64,000 nt of DNA. It comes from a bacterium (GTDB lineage Bacteria; UBA10199; JAIBAG01). Each line of letters opens with the position of its first letter. Position 1 is the first letter of the stretch. The notes beneath the pieces are model-generated. The model did not search any database. It was not told the origin of the DNA and was given only the letters and a program-made list of their open reading frames with translations. The DNA is taken from assembly GCA_019695305.1 (NCBI GenBank), contig JAIBAG010000013.1, positions 6,339 through 70,338 of the forward strand, read 5' to 3'. Made by a program: the position numbers and the translations under genes. This document shows, piece after piece, positions 1-7,865 of this stretch.

Positions 1-562
1 CGGCAAAGACTTTAATCTTTTTACCTTGTTCCTGGGCGGCGTAAATCACCCCTAATGCGGTGCCAAAACCGGCTGTGGCCAAAGCTCCGGCATTACAGTG
101 GGTTAAAATTGTGTCTCCATTTTGAATAAGAGTGGCACCATTCGATCCCATCTTTTTATTAATGGCTACATCTTCGTTTCCAATGCGGATGGATTCGTCG
201 ATAATTTTTTGAGTGAGCGTTTTGATGTCATCCGTTTTGTTGGCATCGATAAATGCCAACATCTTCGTCACAGCCCAGGATAAATTCACCGCCGTAGGGC
301 GGGCGTTGCTGATGTTGTGTGCAAGAGGTTTTAATTGCGACAGAAAACTATCAAAATTATTCGCTTTAATTTCTAACGCGGCTAAAGCCACACCCATTGC
401 TCCCGCAACACCAATAGCCGGAGCGCCACGGATGACCATTTCTTTAATGGCGTAAATCATCTCCTGATGATTCTTGGCCGTAAAATATTCTTCCATGCGC
501 GGCAGCTTGCGCTGGTCAATCATTTCGGCTGTGTTGTTTTTCCAGAGAATGGTGTGAAACAT
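1..562 (-). CDS. mtnA: S-methyl-5-thioribose-1-phosphate isomerase / eIF-2B-family sugar-phosphate isomerase. N-terminal ~187 aa only; the 3' end runs off the window start.
   Basis: I translated the minus strand by hand from the ATG whose reverse complement sits at 560-562. The product reads MFHTILWKNNTAEMIDQRKLP...VIRGAPAIGVAGAMGVALAA...SNARPTAVNLSWAV...THCNAGALATAGFGTALGVIYAA. These match MtnA/eIF-2B family motifs (RGAPAIG, RPTAVNL, CNAG..AT..GTAL). The gene is missing from the ORF track because the window edge truncates it. Confidence 0.65.
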   Translation of the reverse strand, partial: MFHTILWKNNTAEMIDQRKLPRMEEYFTAKNHQEMIYAIKEMVIRGAPAIGVAGAMGVALAALEIKANNFDSFLSQLKPLAHNISNARPTAVNLSWAVTKMLAFIDANKTDDIKTLTQKIIDESIRIGNEDVAINKKMGSNGATLIQNGDTILTHCNAGALATAGFGTALGVIYAAQEQGKKIKVFA

Positions 563-568
563 ATTTAG

Positions 569-626
569 TGGATAGTGGATGGTGAATAGTGAATGGAAAG
601 AATTTCTTCCTGCCATCCACTATCCA
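569..626. other. Inverted-repeat hairpin with 13-14 bp arms (TGGATAGTGGATGG / CCATCCACTATCCA) and a ~30-nt loop. It lies between the gatB stop and the mtnA start. It could be a terminator or an operator.
   Basis: The perfect inverted repeat is directly visible in the sequence. No clear U-tract follows on the minus strand. Confidence 0.4.
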
Positions 627-629
627 CCA

Positions 630-2063
630 TTAACCATTTAATTTCTTTTTTAATAAATCATTAATCACGCCCGGATTCCCTTGGCCCTTCATGGCTTTCA
701 TGGTTTGACCCACAAAGAAGCCAAAAAGTTTATCTTTGCCCGATTTGTATTGCGCTAATTGTCCGGGATTTTCTTTCATCACCTGATCAATCACGGCTTC
801 GATAGCGCCTGTGTCTGATACCTGTACCAGGTTCTTTTCCTTGATGATCGTGTCGGCATCTTTACCGTCGGCATACATGTCGGCAAATACAGTTTTGGCA
901 ATCTTGCCACTGATTTCGCCCGATTCAATCAAGCTCACCAGGCGCGAGAGATTTTTAGCCGGAATAGGGGAATCGGTAATTTCTTTATCAGAATTTTTCA
1001 GCTCACGCAGCAGCTCGGTCATAATCCAGTTACTCACAAGCTTAGCATTGGTGCCACGGGCTGCCTCTTCAAAATAATCGGAGAGTTCACGTTCGGCCGT
1101 CAGCACGCCAGCATCGTATTCGGGTAAGCCTAGTTCACTCACAAAACGTGCTGCTTTTTGGGCGGGCATTTCGGGTACTTCCTTTTTAACACCTTCAATC
1201 CATTTGTCGTCCAAAATAAGAGGCACGAGATCCGGATCGGGAAAGTAGCGATAATCGTGTGCCTGTTCTTTACCACGCATCGATTCGGTAATATTTTTGG
1301 TAGTGTTCCACAGGCGTGTTTCCTGCACAATCTTTTCGCCGGTTTCGTTCGCTTGAATTTGGCGGGCTACTTCGTATTCAATGGCCTTTTCTACAAACTT
1401 AAACGAGTTGATATTTTTAAGCTCGACACGGGTTCCAAATTCCTTCTGTCCTACGGGACGAACAGATACGTTGGCATCACAACGCAGGCTTCCTTCTTCC
1501 ATGTTGCCATCGCACACATCGGCATAGCGCACAATGCTGCGCAGCTGGCGCAGGTAAGCCCCGGCTTCGGCGCTGCTTCTCATATCGGGTTCGCTCACAA
1601 TTTCACAAAGAGGTGTTCCGGCACGGTTTAAATCAACATGCGATGTGGCACCGGTACCATGATCGTGCAACAACTTGCCGGCATCTTCTTCCATATGAAT
1701 GCGTGTTACACCAATGCGCTTGGTTTTTCCGTCCACATTAATATCTAAATAACCCTTGGTGCAGATGGGTTCTTCATACTGAGTGATTTGGTAGCCTTTT
1801 GGGAGGTCGGGATAGAAGTAGTTTTTACGGGCCCAGATAGATCTATGATTAATTGTGCAGTTTAGGGCGAGCCCCGCCTTAATCGCTAAATTCACTACCT
1901 CGCGATTTAACACAGGGAGAGCTCCTGGCAGGCCCAGGCAAACGGGGCAGGTGTTCTTATTGGGGGGCGCGCCGAACTCCGTGGAACAACTACAGAAAAT
2001 CTTGGTTTTTGTCTTTAACTGGGCATGGACTTCAAGCCCGATAATGGTTTCATAAGCGGTCAT
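630..2063 (-). CDS. gatB: Asp-tRNA(Asn)/Glu-tRNA(Gln) amidotransferase subunit B
   Basis: The 477-aa ORF begins [27 protein letters not shown]...[20 protein letters not shown], the canonical GatB N-terminus. A GatB/YqeY-like C-terminal region follows. Confidence 0.95.
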   Translation of the reverse strand: MTAYETIIGLEVHAQLKTKTKIFCSCSTEFGAPPNKNTCPVCLGLPGALPVLNREVVNLAIKAGLALNCTINHRSIWARKNYFYPDLPKGYQITQYEEPICTKGYLDINVDGKTKRIGVTRIHMEEDAGKLLHDHGTGATSHVDLNRAGTPLCEIVSEPDMRSSAEAGAYLRQLRSIVRYADVCDGNMEEGSLRCDANVSVRPVGQKEFGTRVELKNINSFKFVEKAIEYEVARQIQANETGEKIVQETRLWNTTKNITESMRGKEQAHDYRYFPDPDLVPLILDDKWIEGVKKEVPEMPAQKAARFVSELGLPEYDAGVLTAERELSDYFEEAARGTNAKLVSNWIMTELLRELKNSDKEITDSPIPAKNLSRLVSLIESGEISGKIAKTVFADMYADGKDADTIIKEKNLVQVSDTGAIEAVIDQVMKENPGQLAQYKSGKDKLFGFFVGQTMKAMKGQGNPGVINDLLKKKLNG

Positions 2064-2151
2064 TTTAATCCTTTTCTGGTCTTGACAGTGAGTGTTTCAC
2101 TTGGTATCACGTAAGCCATTCTAAATAATAGGTTTTTATATTTTTGTAAAC

Positions 2152-2307
2152 CTAGATCTTATCCAGAGTGACTGAGGGATTGGCCCGATGACGTCACAGC
2201 AACCGCTTCCTCAAAATTAGGAAGGCCTGGTGCTAATTCCAACCCTGTACGGGTTAAGATAAGAAGAGCTGTTTGATAACCTCTTCTTAGCGAAGAGGTT
2301 TTTTTTT
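2152..2307 (+). promoter_or_regulatory. SAM-I (S-box) riboswitch: aptamer at about 2152-2266 plus a terminator/antiterminator expression platform.
   Basis: The sequence reads aucuuAUCCAGAGUGACUGAGGGAUUGGCCCGAUGACGUCACAGCAACC...GGUGCUAAUUCCAACCC...GAUAAGAAG. This contains the S-box hallmarks: P1 CUUAUC/GAUAAG, GAGGGA...GGCCCGAUGA (kink-turn/pseudoknot), GCAACC and GGUGCUAAUUCC. The 3' P1 strand AAGAAGAG can alternatively pair with CTCTTCTT of the downstream terminator. Confidence 0.85.
2280..2307 (+). terminator. Intrinsic terminator of the S-box expression platform (CCTCTTC tta gc GAAGAGG + T9)
   Basis: GC-rich hairpin followed by TTTTTTTTT, immediately before the ATG at 2308. Confidence 0.8.
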
Positions 2308-3243
2308 ATGCAGGTTTTTGACGACATTTTAAAAACGGTAGGGAATACACCAGTTCTTTCGCTAGACCGTTTGACTAGTCCTAACGCTGCGTCTCTTTTT
2401 GGCAAGTTCGAAGCGGCTAACCCCAGTTTATCGGTAAAAGACCGCACGGCCTTAGCGATGATTGAAAAAGCCGAGGCGGATGGACTTATCAAAAAAGATA
2501 CGCAAATTGTAGCCGCCACTGCGGGTAATACGGGTGTGGCGCTGGCCATGGTGTGTGCGGTTAAAAAATATCCTCTTGTTTTATTTATGCCCGAAGATGC
2601 GAGTCTGGAGCGTCGCAAAATGTTTGAAGCTTTTGGGGCTACTCTTCACCTGACTTCTAAAAATGATGGGGTGAGCGGGGCCGTGAAGGCTGCTGAAGAA
2701 TTTAAGGCTAAAAATAAAAATACTTTTGATCCCAAACAGTTTGAAAACCCCGCTGCTGTGGAAGCTCATCGTCGTGCCACGGCTCAGGAGATACTTGCTG
2801 ATTTCCCGGATGGTTTAGATGCCTTAGTGGTAGGTGTAGGAACAGCCGCCACCATTACAGGCGTGGGTGAAGAGTTAAAAAAGAAATTTCCGTCACTCCG
2901 TGTGATCGCTGTAGAGCCCCAGAGCTCGGCCGTGTTATCGGGCGGGGTTGCAGGTTCGCATCGTATTCAGCAATTGGGCCATGGTTTTATTCCTAAAAAT
3001 TATAATCCCAAAATTGTGGAGAAGATCATCCAAGTATCCGATGCCGATGCCTACACAACAACCAAACGTCTTTCACGTCAGATGGGGCTGCTTCTGGGCT
3101 TGTCCTCGGGAGCCAATGTTTTTGCAGCTCTGCAAGTGGCAGAAAAATTGGGAAAAGGAAAAAAGGTACTCACGTTTTTATGTGATGCGGGTCAGCGCTA
3201 TTTCAGTATCGAAAAGTTTTTTACGAAAGGAACAACTGTATGA
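2308..3243 (+). CDS. Cysteine synthase / cystathionine-beta-synthase family, PLP fold type II (CysK-like)
   Basis: 311 aa. It carries the PLP-lysine motif SVKDR, the GNTG glycine loop and overall CysK/CysM similarity. It is the first gene downstream of the S-box. Confidence 0.85.
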   Translation: MQVFDDILKTVGNTPVLSLDRLTSPNAASLFGKFEAANPSLSVKDRTALAMIEKAEADGLIKKDTQIVAATAGNTGVALAMVCAVKKYPLVLFMPEDASLERRKMFEAFGATLHLTSKNDGVSGAVKAAEEFKAKNKNTFDPKQFENPAAVEAHRRATAQEILADFPDGLDALVVGVGTAATITGVGEELKKKFPSLRVIAVEPQSSAVLSGGVAGSHRIQQLGHGFIPKNYNPKIVEKIIQVSDADAYTTTKRLSRQMGLLLGLSSGANVFAALQVAEKLGKGKKVLTFLCDAGQRYFSIEKFFTKGTTV

Positions 3244-4475
3244 GTTATGCACGTGGTTTAAAATGTCGCGAATGCGGCCATGAGTATCCTAAAACACCCA
3301 CACATGTGTGTGAGTTTTGTTTTGGACCTCTCGAAGTGGTTTATGACTATGACAAAATTAAAGGTGTTTTAACACGCGATGTAATCACCTCACGCCTCCC
3401 AAACATGTGGCGCTATAAAGAGCTTCTGCCTATTGATAACGATCCCACCGTGGGTAAGCAAGTGGGTTACACACCGCTACGCCGGGCTAATCGCCTGGCT
3501 AAAGTTTTGGGTGTGGACGAACTCTATATTAAAAACGATGCGGTTAATTATCCTACCTTATCTTTCAAAGACCGTGTGGTGTCTGTAGCCTTATCCAAAG
3601 CTAAAGAATTTGGTTTTAAGACCGTGGCCTGTGCTTCTACAGGCAACTTGGCTAACTCGGTGGCTGCTAATGCGGCTGCGGCCGATCTGGATAGTTTCGT
3701 TTTTATCCCGTACGATCTCGAAGCCACCAAAGTAATGGGCACTATGATATACGGTACTAACCTGGTAGGTATTAAAGGCACGTATGATGAAGTGAATCGC
3801 TTGTGCAGCGAAATTGGCAACCAGTACAAATGGGCTTTTGTGAACATCAACATGCGCCCGTATTACGCCGAAGGTTCTAAATCGATGGGTTATGAAATTG
3901 TAGAACAATTGGGATGGAAAACGCCACAACACGTGGTGGTACCCATGGCCAGTGGTTCGCTTTTAACCAAAATTGATAAATCGTTTAAGGAAATGGAAAA
4001 GATCGGTCTTATTTCCGAAAATAACGCCAAAATTTATGGTGCTCAGCCTACGGGTTGTTCGCCCATTTCTACGGCCGTTAAAAATAAATGGGAAATCTTT
4101 AAGCCGGTTAAACCCAACACGCTGGTGAAATCACTCGCAATCGGAAACCCGGCCGACGGTTTTTATGCCGCGCGTTCCATGGCCGAAACACAGGGATGGA
4201 GTGAAGATGTGACGGATGATGAAGTGGTAGATGCGATCCGGCTCCTCGCCGAAAGCGAAGGAATTTTTGCCGAAACTGCTGGTGGTGTTACCGTGGGTGT
4301 GGCCAAAAAACTGATTGAGCAGGGAAGAATCCCGCGCAATGAATCCATCGTGCTGTGTATTACCGGTAACGGTTTAAAAACACAGGAAGTAGTGGTGGAT
4401 CGTTTAGGGAAACCTCCCGTGATTGATCCTAAAATTGGTGCTTTTAACGAATTTATGGGTAGTATTAAGAAATAA
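3240..4475 (+). CDS. Threonine-synthase-family PLP enzyme with an N-terminal CxxC...CxxC zinc ribbon. This is ThrC itself or an MA1821-like ThrC homolog used for sulfide-dependent homocysteine synthesis.
   Basis: 411 aa. It begins MSYARGLKCRECGHEY...CEFC and has the LSFKDR PLP-lysine motif. It overlaps the upstream gene by 4 nt and sits inside a SAM-riboswitch operon next to a NIL-domain gene. Confidence 0.8.
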   Translation: MSYARGLKCRECGHEYPKTPTHVCEFCFGPLEVVYDYDKIKGVLTRDVITSRLPNMWRYKELLPIDNDPTVGKQVGYTPLRRANRLAKVLGVDELYIKNDAVNYPTLSFKDRVVSVALSKAKEFGFKTVACASTGNLANSVAANAAAADLDSFVFIPYDLEATKVMGTMIYGTNLVGIKGTYDEVNRLCSEIGNQYKWAFVNINMRPYYAEGSKSMGYEIVEQLGWKTPQHVVVPMASGSLLTKIDKSFKEMEKIGLISENNAKIYGAQPTGCSPISTAVKNKWEIFKPVKPNTLVKSLAIGNPADGFYAARSMAETQGWSEDVTDDEVVDAIRLLAESEGIFAETAGGVTVGVAKKLIEQGRIPRNESIVLCITGNGLKTQEVVVDRLGKPPVIDPKIGAFNEFMGSIKK

Positions 4476-4499
4476 CTTACAAACAATAGGAGAGCATTT

Positions 4500-4751
4500 A
4501 TGAGCAAAGTTGTAGAACGCAAAGTGTATTTAACATTCCCCGAAAAACAAACCAAAGAAGCAATTATTTGCGATATGTACGATAAGTTTAAAGTGCGCTT
4601 TAACATTCGTTCAGCCTCAGTAAATTCGCAAGTAGGCTTGATGGCCGTACTCCTTGAAGGGCCGGATGATAAAGTGGTGGAAGCGATGAAATACTTCCGT
4701 GAACGCGGCGTTCAAGTTGAGCCGATCGAAATGAATGTGATCGAAGGCTAA
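4500..4751 (+). CDS. Small NIL-domain protein (MA1822-like, without a ferredoxin domain)
   Basis: 83 aa. The ...SQVGLMAVLLEGPDDKVVEAMKYFRERGVQVEPIE pattern resembles the NIL domain found at MetN C-termini. A good RBS (AGGAGAG) precedes the ATG. Confidence 0.5.
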   Translation: MSKVVERKVYLTFPEKQTKEAIICDMYDKFKVRFNIRSASVNSQVGLMAVLLEGPDDKVVEAMKYFRERGVQVEPIEMNVIEG

Positions 4752-4752
4752 C

Positions 4753-5643
4753 TTGATTATCAACTCCATCCTAGACCGCATCGGCAATACGCCGCTCGTT
4801 AAAATTCGGGAAATCACCAAAGATTTACCGAAAGGGGTGGAGGTGTATGCGAAGCTCGAATATTTTAACCCGGGTGGTTCGGTAAAAGATCGTGCGGCGT
4901 ACCGCATGATTCAGGAAGGCTTAAAAAGCGGCAAACTTACCAGGGGAAAAACGATTATGGATCCTACCTCGGGTAATACCGGTGTAGCGTATTCCATGAT
5001 TGGGGCAGCGTTAGGATATCCCGTAGAATTGGTGATGCCTAAAAACGTATCGCAGCAGCGTAAAGATATTGCCGAATCGTTTGGGGCCAGCATTACTTTT
5101 AGTAGCCCTTTTGAAGGGTCGGATGGGGCGATACGTTTGGCGCACAAATTGTACGCCGAAAACCCCGAAAAATATTTCATGCCCGATCAGTACAATAACC
5201 CGTTTAACCCGCAAGCGCATGTGGACACAACAGCTCCCGAAATTTGGAATCAGACTCATCACAAGGTAACACATTTTGTAGCGACGATGGGAACCAGCGG
5301 TACAGCCATGGGAACTACCCGTGGTTTAAAGGCTTTTAATAAAAATATTGTATGCTATGGTGCCCAGCCGGCGCACTCGTTACACGGCTTGGAAGGTTTA
5401 AAGCACATGCCCTCATCCATTGTGCCGGGAATTTATAACGAAAGTAGTCTCGACCATGTGCTGTGGATGGAAACTGAAGAAAGTTATGACATGGTAGACC
5501 GTTTGGGGCGTGAAGAAGGGATTATTGTCGGTTACTCCAGTGGTGCTGCCATGCTGGCGGCTTTAAATGTAGCCAAAACTTTAAAGAGTGGCGTGGTGGT
5601 GACAATTTTTGCCGATCATGGAGATCGGTATTTTGAATTGTAG
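4753..5643 (+). CDS. cysM: Cysteine synthase family, CysM-like (candidate sulfur-carrier-dependent sulfhydrylase)
   Basis: 296 aa. It has GSVKDR, SGNTG and a fold-II PLP signature. The start is TTG at 4753, directly after the upstream stop. It is followed by JAMM protease and ThiS-like carrier genes, as in the mec-cysO-cysM clusters. Confidence 0.8.
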   Translation: MIINSILDRIGNTPLVKIREITKDLPKGVEVYAKLEYFNPGGSVKDRAAYRMIQEGLKSGKLTRGKTIMDPTSGNTGVAYSMIGAALGYPVELVMPKNVSQQRKDIAESFGASITFSSPFEGSDGAIRLAHKLYAENPEKYFMPDQYNNPFNPQAHVDTTAPEIWNQTHHKVTHFVATMGTSGTAMGTTRGLKAFNKNIVCYGAQPAHSLHGLEGLKHMPSSIVPGIYNESSLDHVLWMETEESYDMVDRLGREEGIIVGYSSGAAMLAALNVAKTLKSGVVVTIFADHGDRYFEL

Positions 5644-5653
5644 TTTGCATGGA

Positions 5654-5807
5654 AAAGCTTTAGGCATGTTCTTTTTTATTTCAAGACACACTTACGACTG
5701 GGACGACCCAGTCGACGCTCCGCTGTTGCCAATTGGAGCTATTTATCCCGATTGTTCCAATTGACAACAGAGGGTCTTAAAATAAAAAAGAACACACCTA
5801 AAGCTTT
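5654..5807. repeat. Nested inverted-repeat element. The outer arms are ~32 bp (AAAGCTTTAGGCATGTTCTTTTTTATTTCAAG vs rc AAAGCTTTAGGTGTGTTCTTTTTTATTTTAAG). They flank a ~90-bp core with inner palindromes (CTGGGacgaCCCAG; GTTGCCAATTGG...CCAATTGaCAAC).
   Basis: Read directly from the sequence. It occupies the whole cysM-like/JAMM intergenic region. Confidence 0.6.
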
Positions 5808-5824
5808 AAGAGTTTTATTTAGAT

Positions 5825-6289
5825 ATGATTAAGATTGAAGAAAAATTATTAAACGAAATTTACGCCGAAGCAGAAAAAACTTATCCCAATGAAGGTTGCG
5901 GCTTTGTGTTGGGCACGGTAGACGGTGGCCGCAACGCTGTGCAGTTTATTGCTGTTGAAAATATTCAAGATAAGCTTCATGCGCAGGATCCCAAGCGTTA
6001 TCCGCGTGAAGCCAAAACGGCTTATGCGATTGATCCTAAAGCGATGGAAGCTATCGAAAAAGACGCCAAGGCCAAGGGTTTAAGTATTATCAGTATTTTT
6101 CATTCGCATCCCGAACATGGTGTTTATTTTTCGGATGAAGATAAGGGGATGGCAGCACCCTGGGGTGAGCCTCTTTTCCCTCATTTGTCGTATCTGGTGG
6201 TATCGGTGTATAGCGGCAAAGTGAAAAATTCGTCCGAGTTTTTGTGGAGTACTGACAAAAAAGATTTTGTAGAACATACAATTTTGTAA
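5825..6289 (+). CDS. JAMM/MPN+ (Mov34) zinc metalloprotease, Mec+/CysO-processing type
   Basis: 154 aa. It carries EGCGFVLG and the JAMM motif HSHPEHGVYFSDED (H-x-H-x7-S-x2-D). Confidence 0.8.
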   Translation: MIKIEEKLLNEIYAEAEKTYPNEGCGFVLGTVDGGRNAVQFIAVENIQDKLHAQDPKRYPREAKTAYAIDPKAMEAIEKDAKAKGLSIISIFHSHPEHGVYFSDEDKGMAAPWGEPLFPHLSYLVVSVYSGKVKNSSEFLWSTDKKDFVEHTIL

Positions 6290-6362
6290 GGCGTGGCGTC
6301 AGTGACGCTCTTTGTGATTCTTTTGCGATTCACGATGAGCGATCAGCGATTCACGAGTCAAT

Positions 6363-6641
6363 ATGGCAATCAAAGTAAGAATTCCTACTCCTTTGCAAAC
6401 CTTAACGGCTAACCAAAGTGAAGTATCGGTAGATGGTAAAAATGTAGCGGACGTGCTTGCCGCTTTGGAAAAGCAATTTGGTGGTTTCCGTCAACGTTTG
6501 TACGACGATGCCGGTGCATTACGCCGCTTTGTTAATTTTTACGTGAATGATGAAGATATCCGTTTTTTAGACGGTGATAAAACTGCTCTGAAAGACGGTG
6601 ATGAGTTAAGTATCGTTCCTGCTATTGCCGGCGGTATATAA
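6363..6641 (+). CDS. ThiS/MoaD/CysO-like sulfur-carrier protein with a C-terminal GG followed by one extra residue (…VPAIAGGI)
   Basis: 92 aa. It has a beta-grasp carrier-like C-terminus, ...GDELSIVPAIAGG-I. The extra residue after Gly-Gly implies proteolytic maturation by the adjacent JAMM protease. Confidence 0.7.
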   Translation: MAIKVRIPTPLQTLTANQSEVSVDGKNVADVLAALEKQFGGFRQRLYDDAGALRRFVNFYVNDEDIRFLDGDKTALKDGDELSIVPAIAGGI

Positions 6642-6643
6642 AG

Positions 6644-6997
6644 ATGTCACAAATTGTTTATCTCATTGGCCCTAACCGCTATTCAACCGAGGGTCTTCAC
6701 TGGTGTTTACACAAAGCCAAAGAAGGCAGTAAAGCCTTGCGTGTGGTTTACGCGGGTGGGGACGATGAGGCGCTATTAGCTGAAATTGACAAGCAGGGGG
6801 CAACGTTTGCGCATAAAATTGAAATTCAAAAATTAAATGCTAACTATCTGGCTGCGTGTGAGCAGGCGGCTCAATTTCCTGATACTGTTTTGTTGGTATT
6901 GGTAGCTTTAAAGAAGAGTTTCATGGGTAAACTTTTTGGGACTGACGAGTTTGAAGTTCTTAAGGGCAAGATTAACTGCGAATTAAAAATATATTAA
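6644..6997 (+). CDS. Hypothetical 117-aa protein, translationally coupled to the carrier gene. Possibly DsrE/DsrF/TusBCD-like fold (tentative).
   Basis: The N-terminal pattern IVYLIGPNRYSTEGLHWCLHKAKEG...RVVYAGGD resembles the DsrE-family N-terminus. There is a 2-nt gap from the upstream stop. No confident family call is possible by eye. Confidence 0.45.
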   Translation: MSQIVYLIGPNRYSTEGLHWCLHKAKEGSKALRVVYAGGDDEALLAEIDKQGATFAHKIEIQKLNANYLAACEQAAQFPDTVLLVLVALKKSFMGKLFGTDEFEVLKGKINCELKIY

Positions 6998-7004
6998 AAC
7001 TGCG

Positions 7005-7763
7005 TCAGCCATCCGTGTTATCGGTAGCATTCACATGCAGTCCACATTCTTTTTTATCAGGGTCATTCTGGTTAAACCAGCGCCAGCGCCCGGCGCGGCG
7101 GGGTTCGTGTGGACCAATAGGGGTGGTGCATAAAATGCATCCCAGCGATTCGTAATACCAGCCATTTTCATTCCAGCTTAACAGCTTGTGCATGGGTACT
7201 TTGTATTTGGCAATGTAATCGCGCAAATCTTTCTCGGTCCAGTTAAACAGAGGGGCAATTTTTAAAATAGGTTTTCCTGTGGGACCTGTAATAATCTGGA
7301 ACTTTTTGCCATCGGCGCGCGTGGCTGATTGATCGCTTCTTAAACCGGTAATCCATACATCTAAAGTTTCCAAAACTCTATTATTGGGTTCTACTTTACG
7401 TAAGTGGCAGCAAAATTTTTGTTTGTCGGGCGTGTCAAAAAACAAATACTCACCGTGCTGCTTAATCATCCGGTCTATTTTAACGGGGTCTGGTTTTATT
7501 TTTTCAATTTTGATTTTGTATTTCTTTTCTATTTTGCCAAATAGTTCGTAAGTTTCCGGAAAGAGACGAAGTGTATCAATGGTAAAAATACGAGGTTTGA
7601 TTTTGGCGCGGACAGCAAGATCAATCAGCGCAACGCCTGTGAGTTGACCGCTGGTACCAATAGCCGCCCGTTTTTTAAAGCGCTTGAATACCTCCTTTAA
7701 GAGGGCGCTGGTATCGTTGATTTGTTCCAGTTCGGCAATCAGTTGTTCGTTAATTGCGGTCAT
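7005..7763 (-). CDS. cysH: Assimilatory adenylyl-sulfate / phosphoadenylyl-sulfate reductase (thioredoxin-dependent, Fe-S type)
   Basis: 252 aa. It has the C-terminal ECGLH motif plus a CC...CxxC cysteine set (KFCCHLRK, SLGCILCT) typical of [4Fe-4S] APS reductases. Confidence 0.85.
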   Translation of the reverse strand: MTAINEQLIAELEQINDTSALLKEVFKRFKKRAAIGTSGQLTGVALIDLAVRAKIKPRIFTIDTLRLFPETYELFGKIEKKYKIKIEKIKPDPVKIDRMIKQHGEYLFFDTPDKQKFCCHLRKVEPNNRVLETLDVWITGLRSDQSATRADGKKFQIITGPTGKPILKIAPLFNWTEKDLRDYIAKYKVPMHKLLSWNENGWYYESLGCILCTTPIGPHEPRRAGRWRWFNQNDPDKKECGLHVNATDNTDG

Positions 7764-7772
7764 GTTGTGAAG

Positions 7773-7865
7773 AGTAACCCCCTCCCGTCCTCCCCCTTAA
7801 TTTAAGTGGGAGGGGCTAAGAAAGTCCTCCTCCCTTAAATTAAGGGAGGAGACAGAGGTGGGTTA
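7773..7865. repeat. MITE-like palindromic repeat element, copy A (second copy at 48934-49025). Termini are GAGTAACC...GGGTTAC. There are two internal CCCCCTTAAnTTAAGGGGG-type palindromes.
   Basis: It shares ~80% identity over ~90 bp with 48934-49025. It lies between the cysH start and the cysC stop. The cysC TAA stop codon is within the terminal GGGTTAC. Confidence 0.8.

Noticed and set aside
213-455. 80-aa + strand ORF
   Set aside because: It lies entirely antisense to the mtnA-like coding region, which has strong family motifs. It is most likely a spurious ORF.
811-1631. 88-aa and 157-aa + strand ORFs inside gatB
   Set aside because: They are antisense to the well-supported gatB. They have no RBS and no recognisable family.
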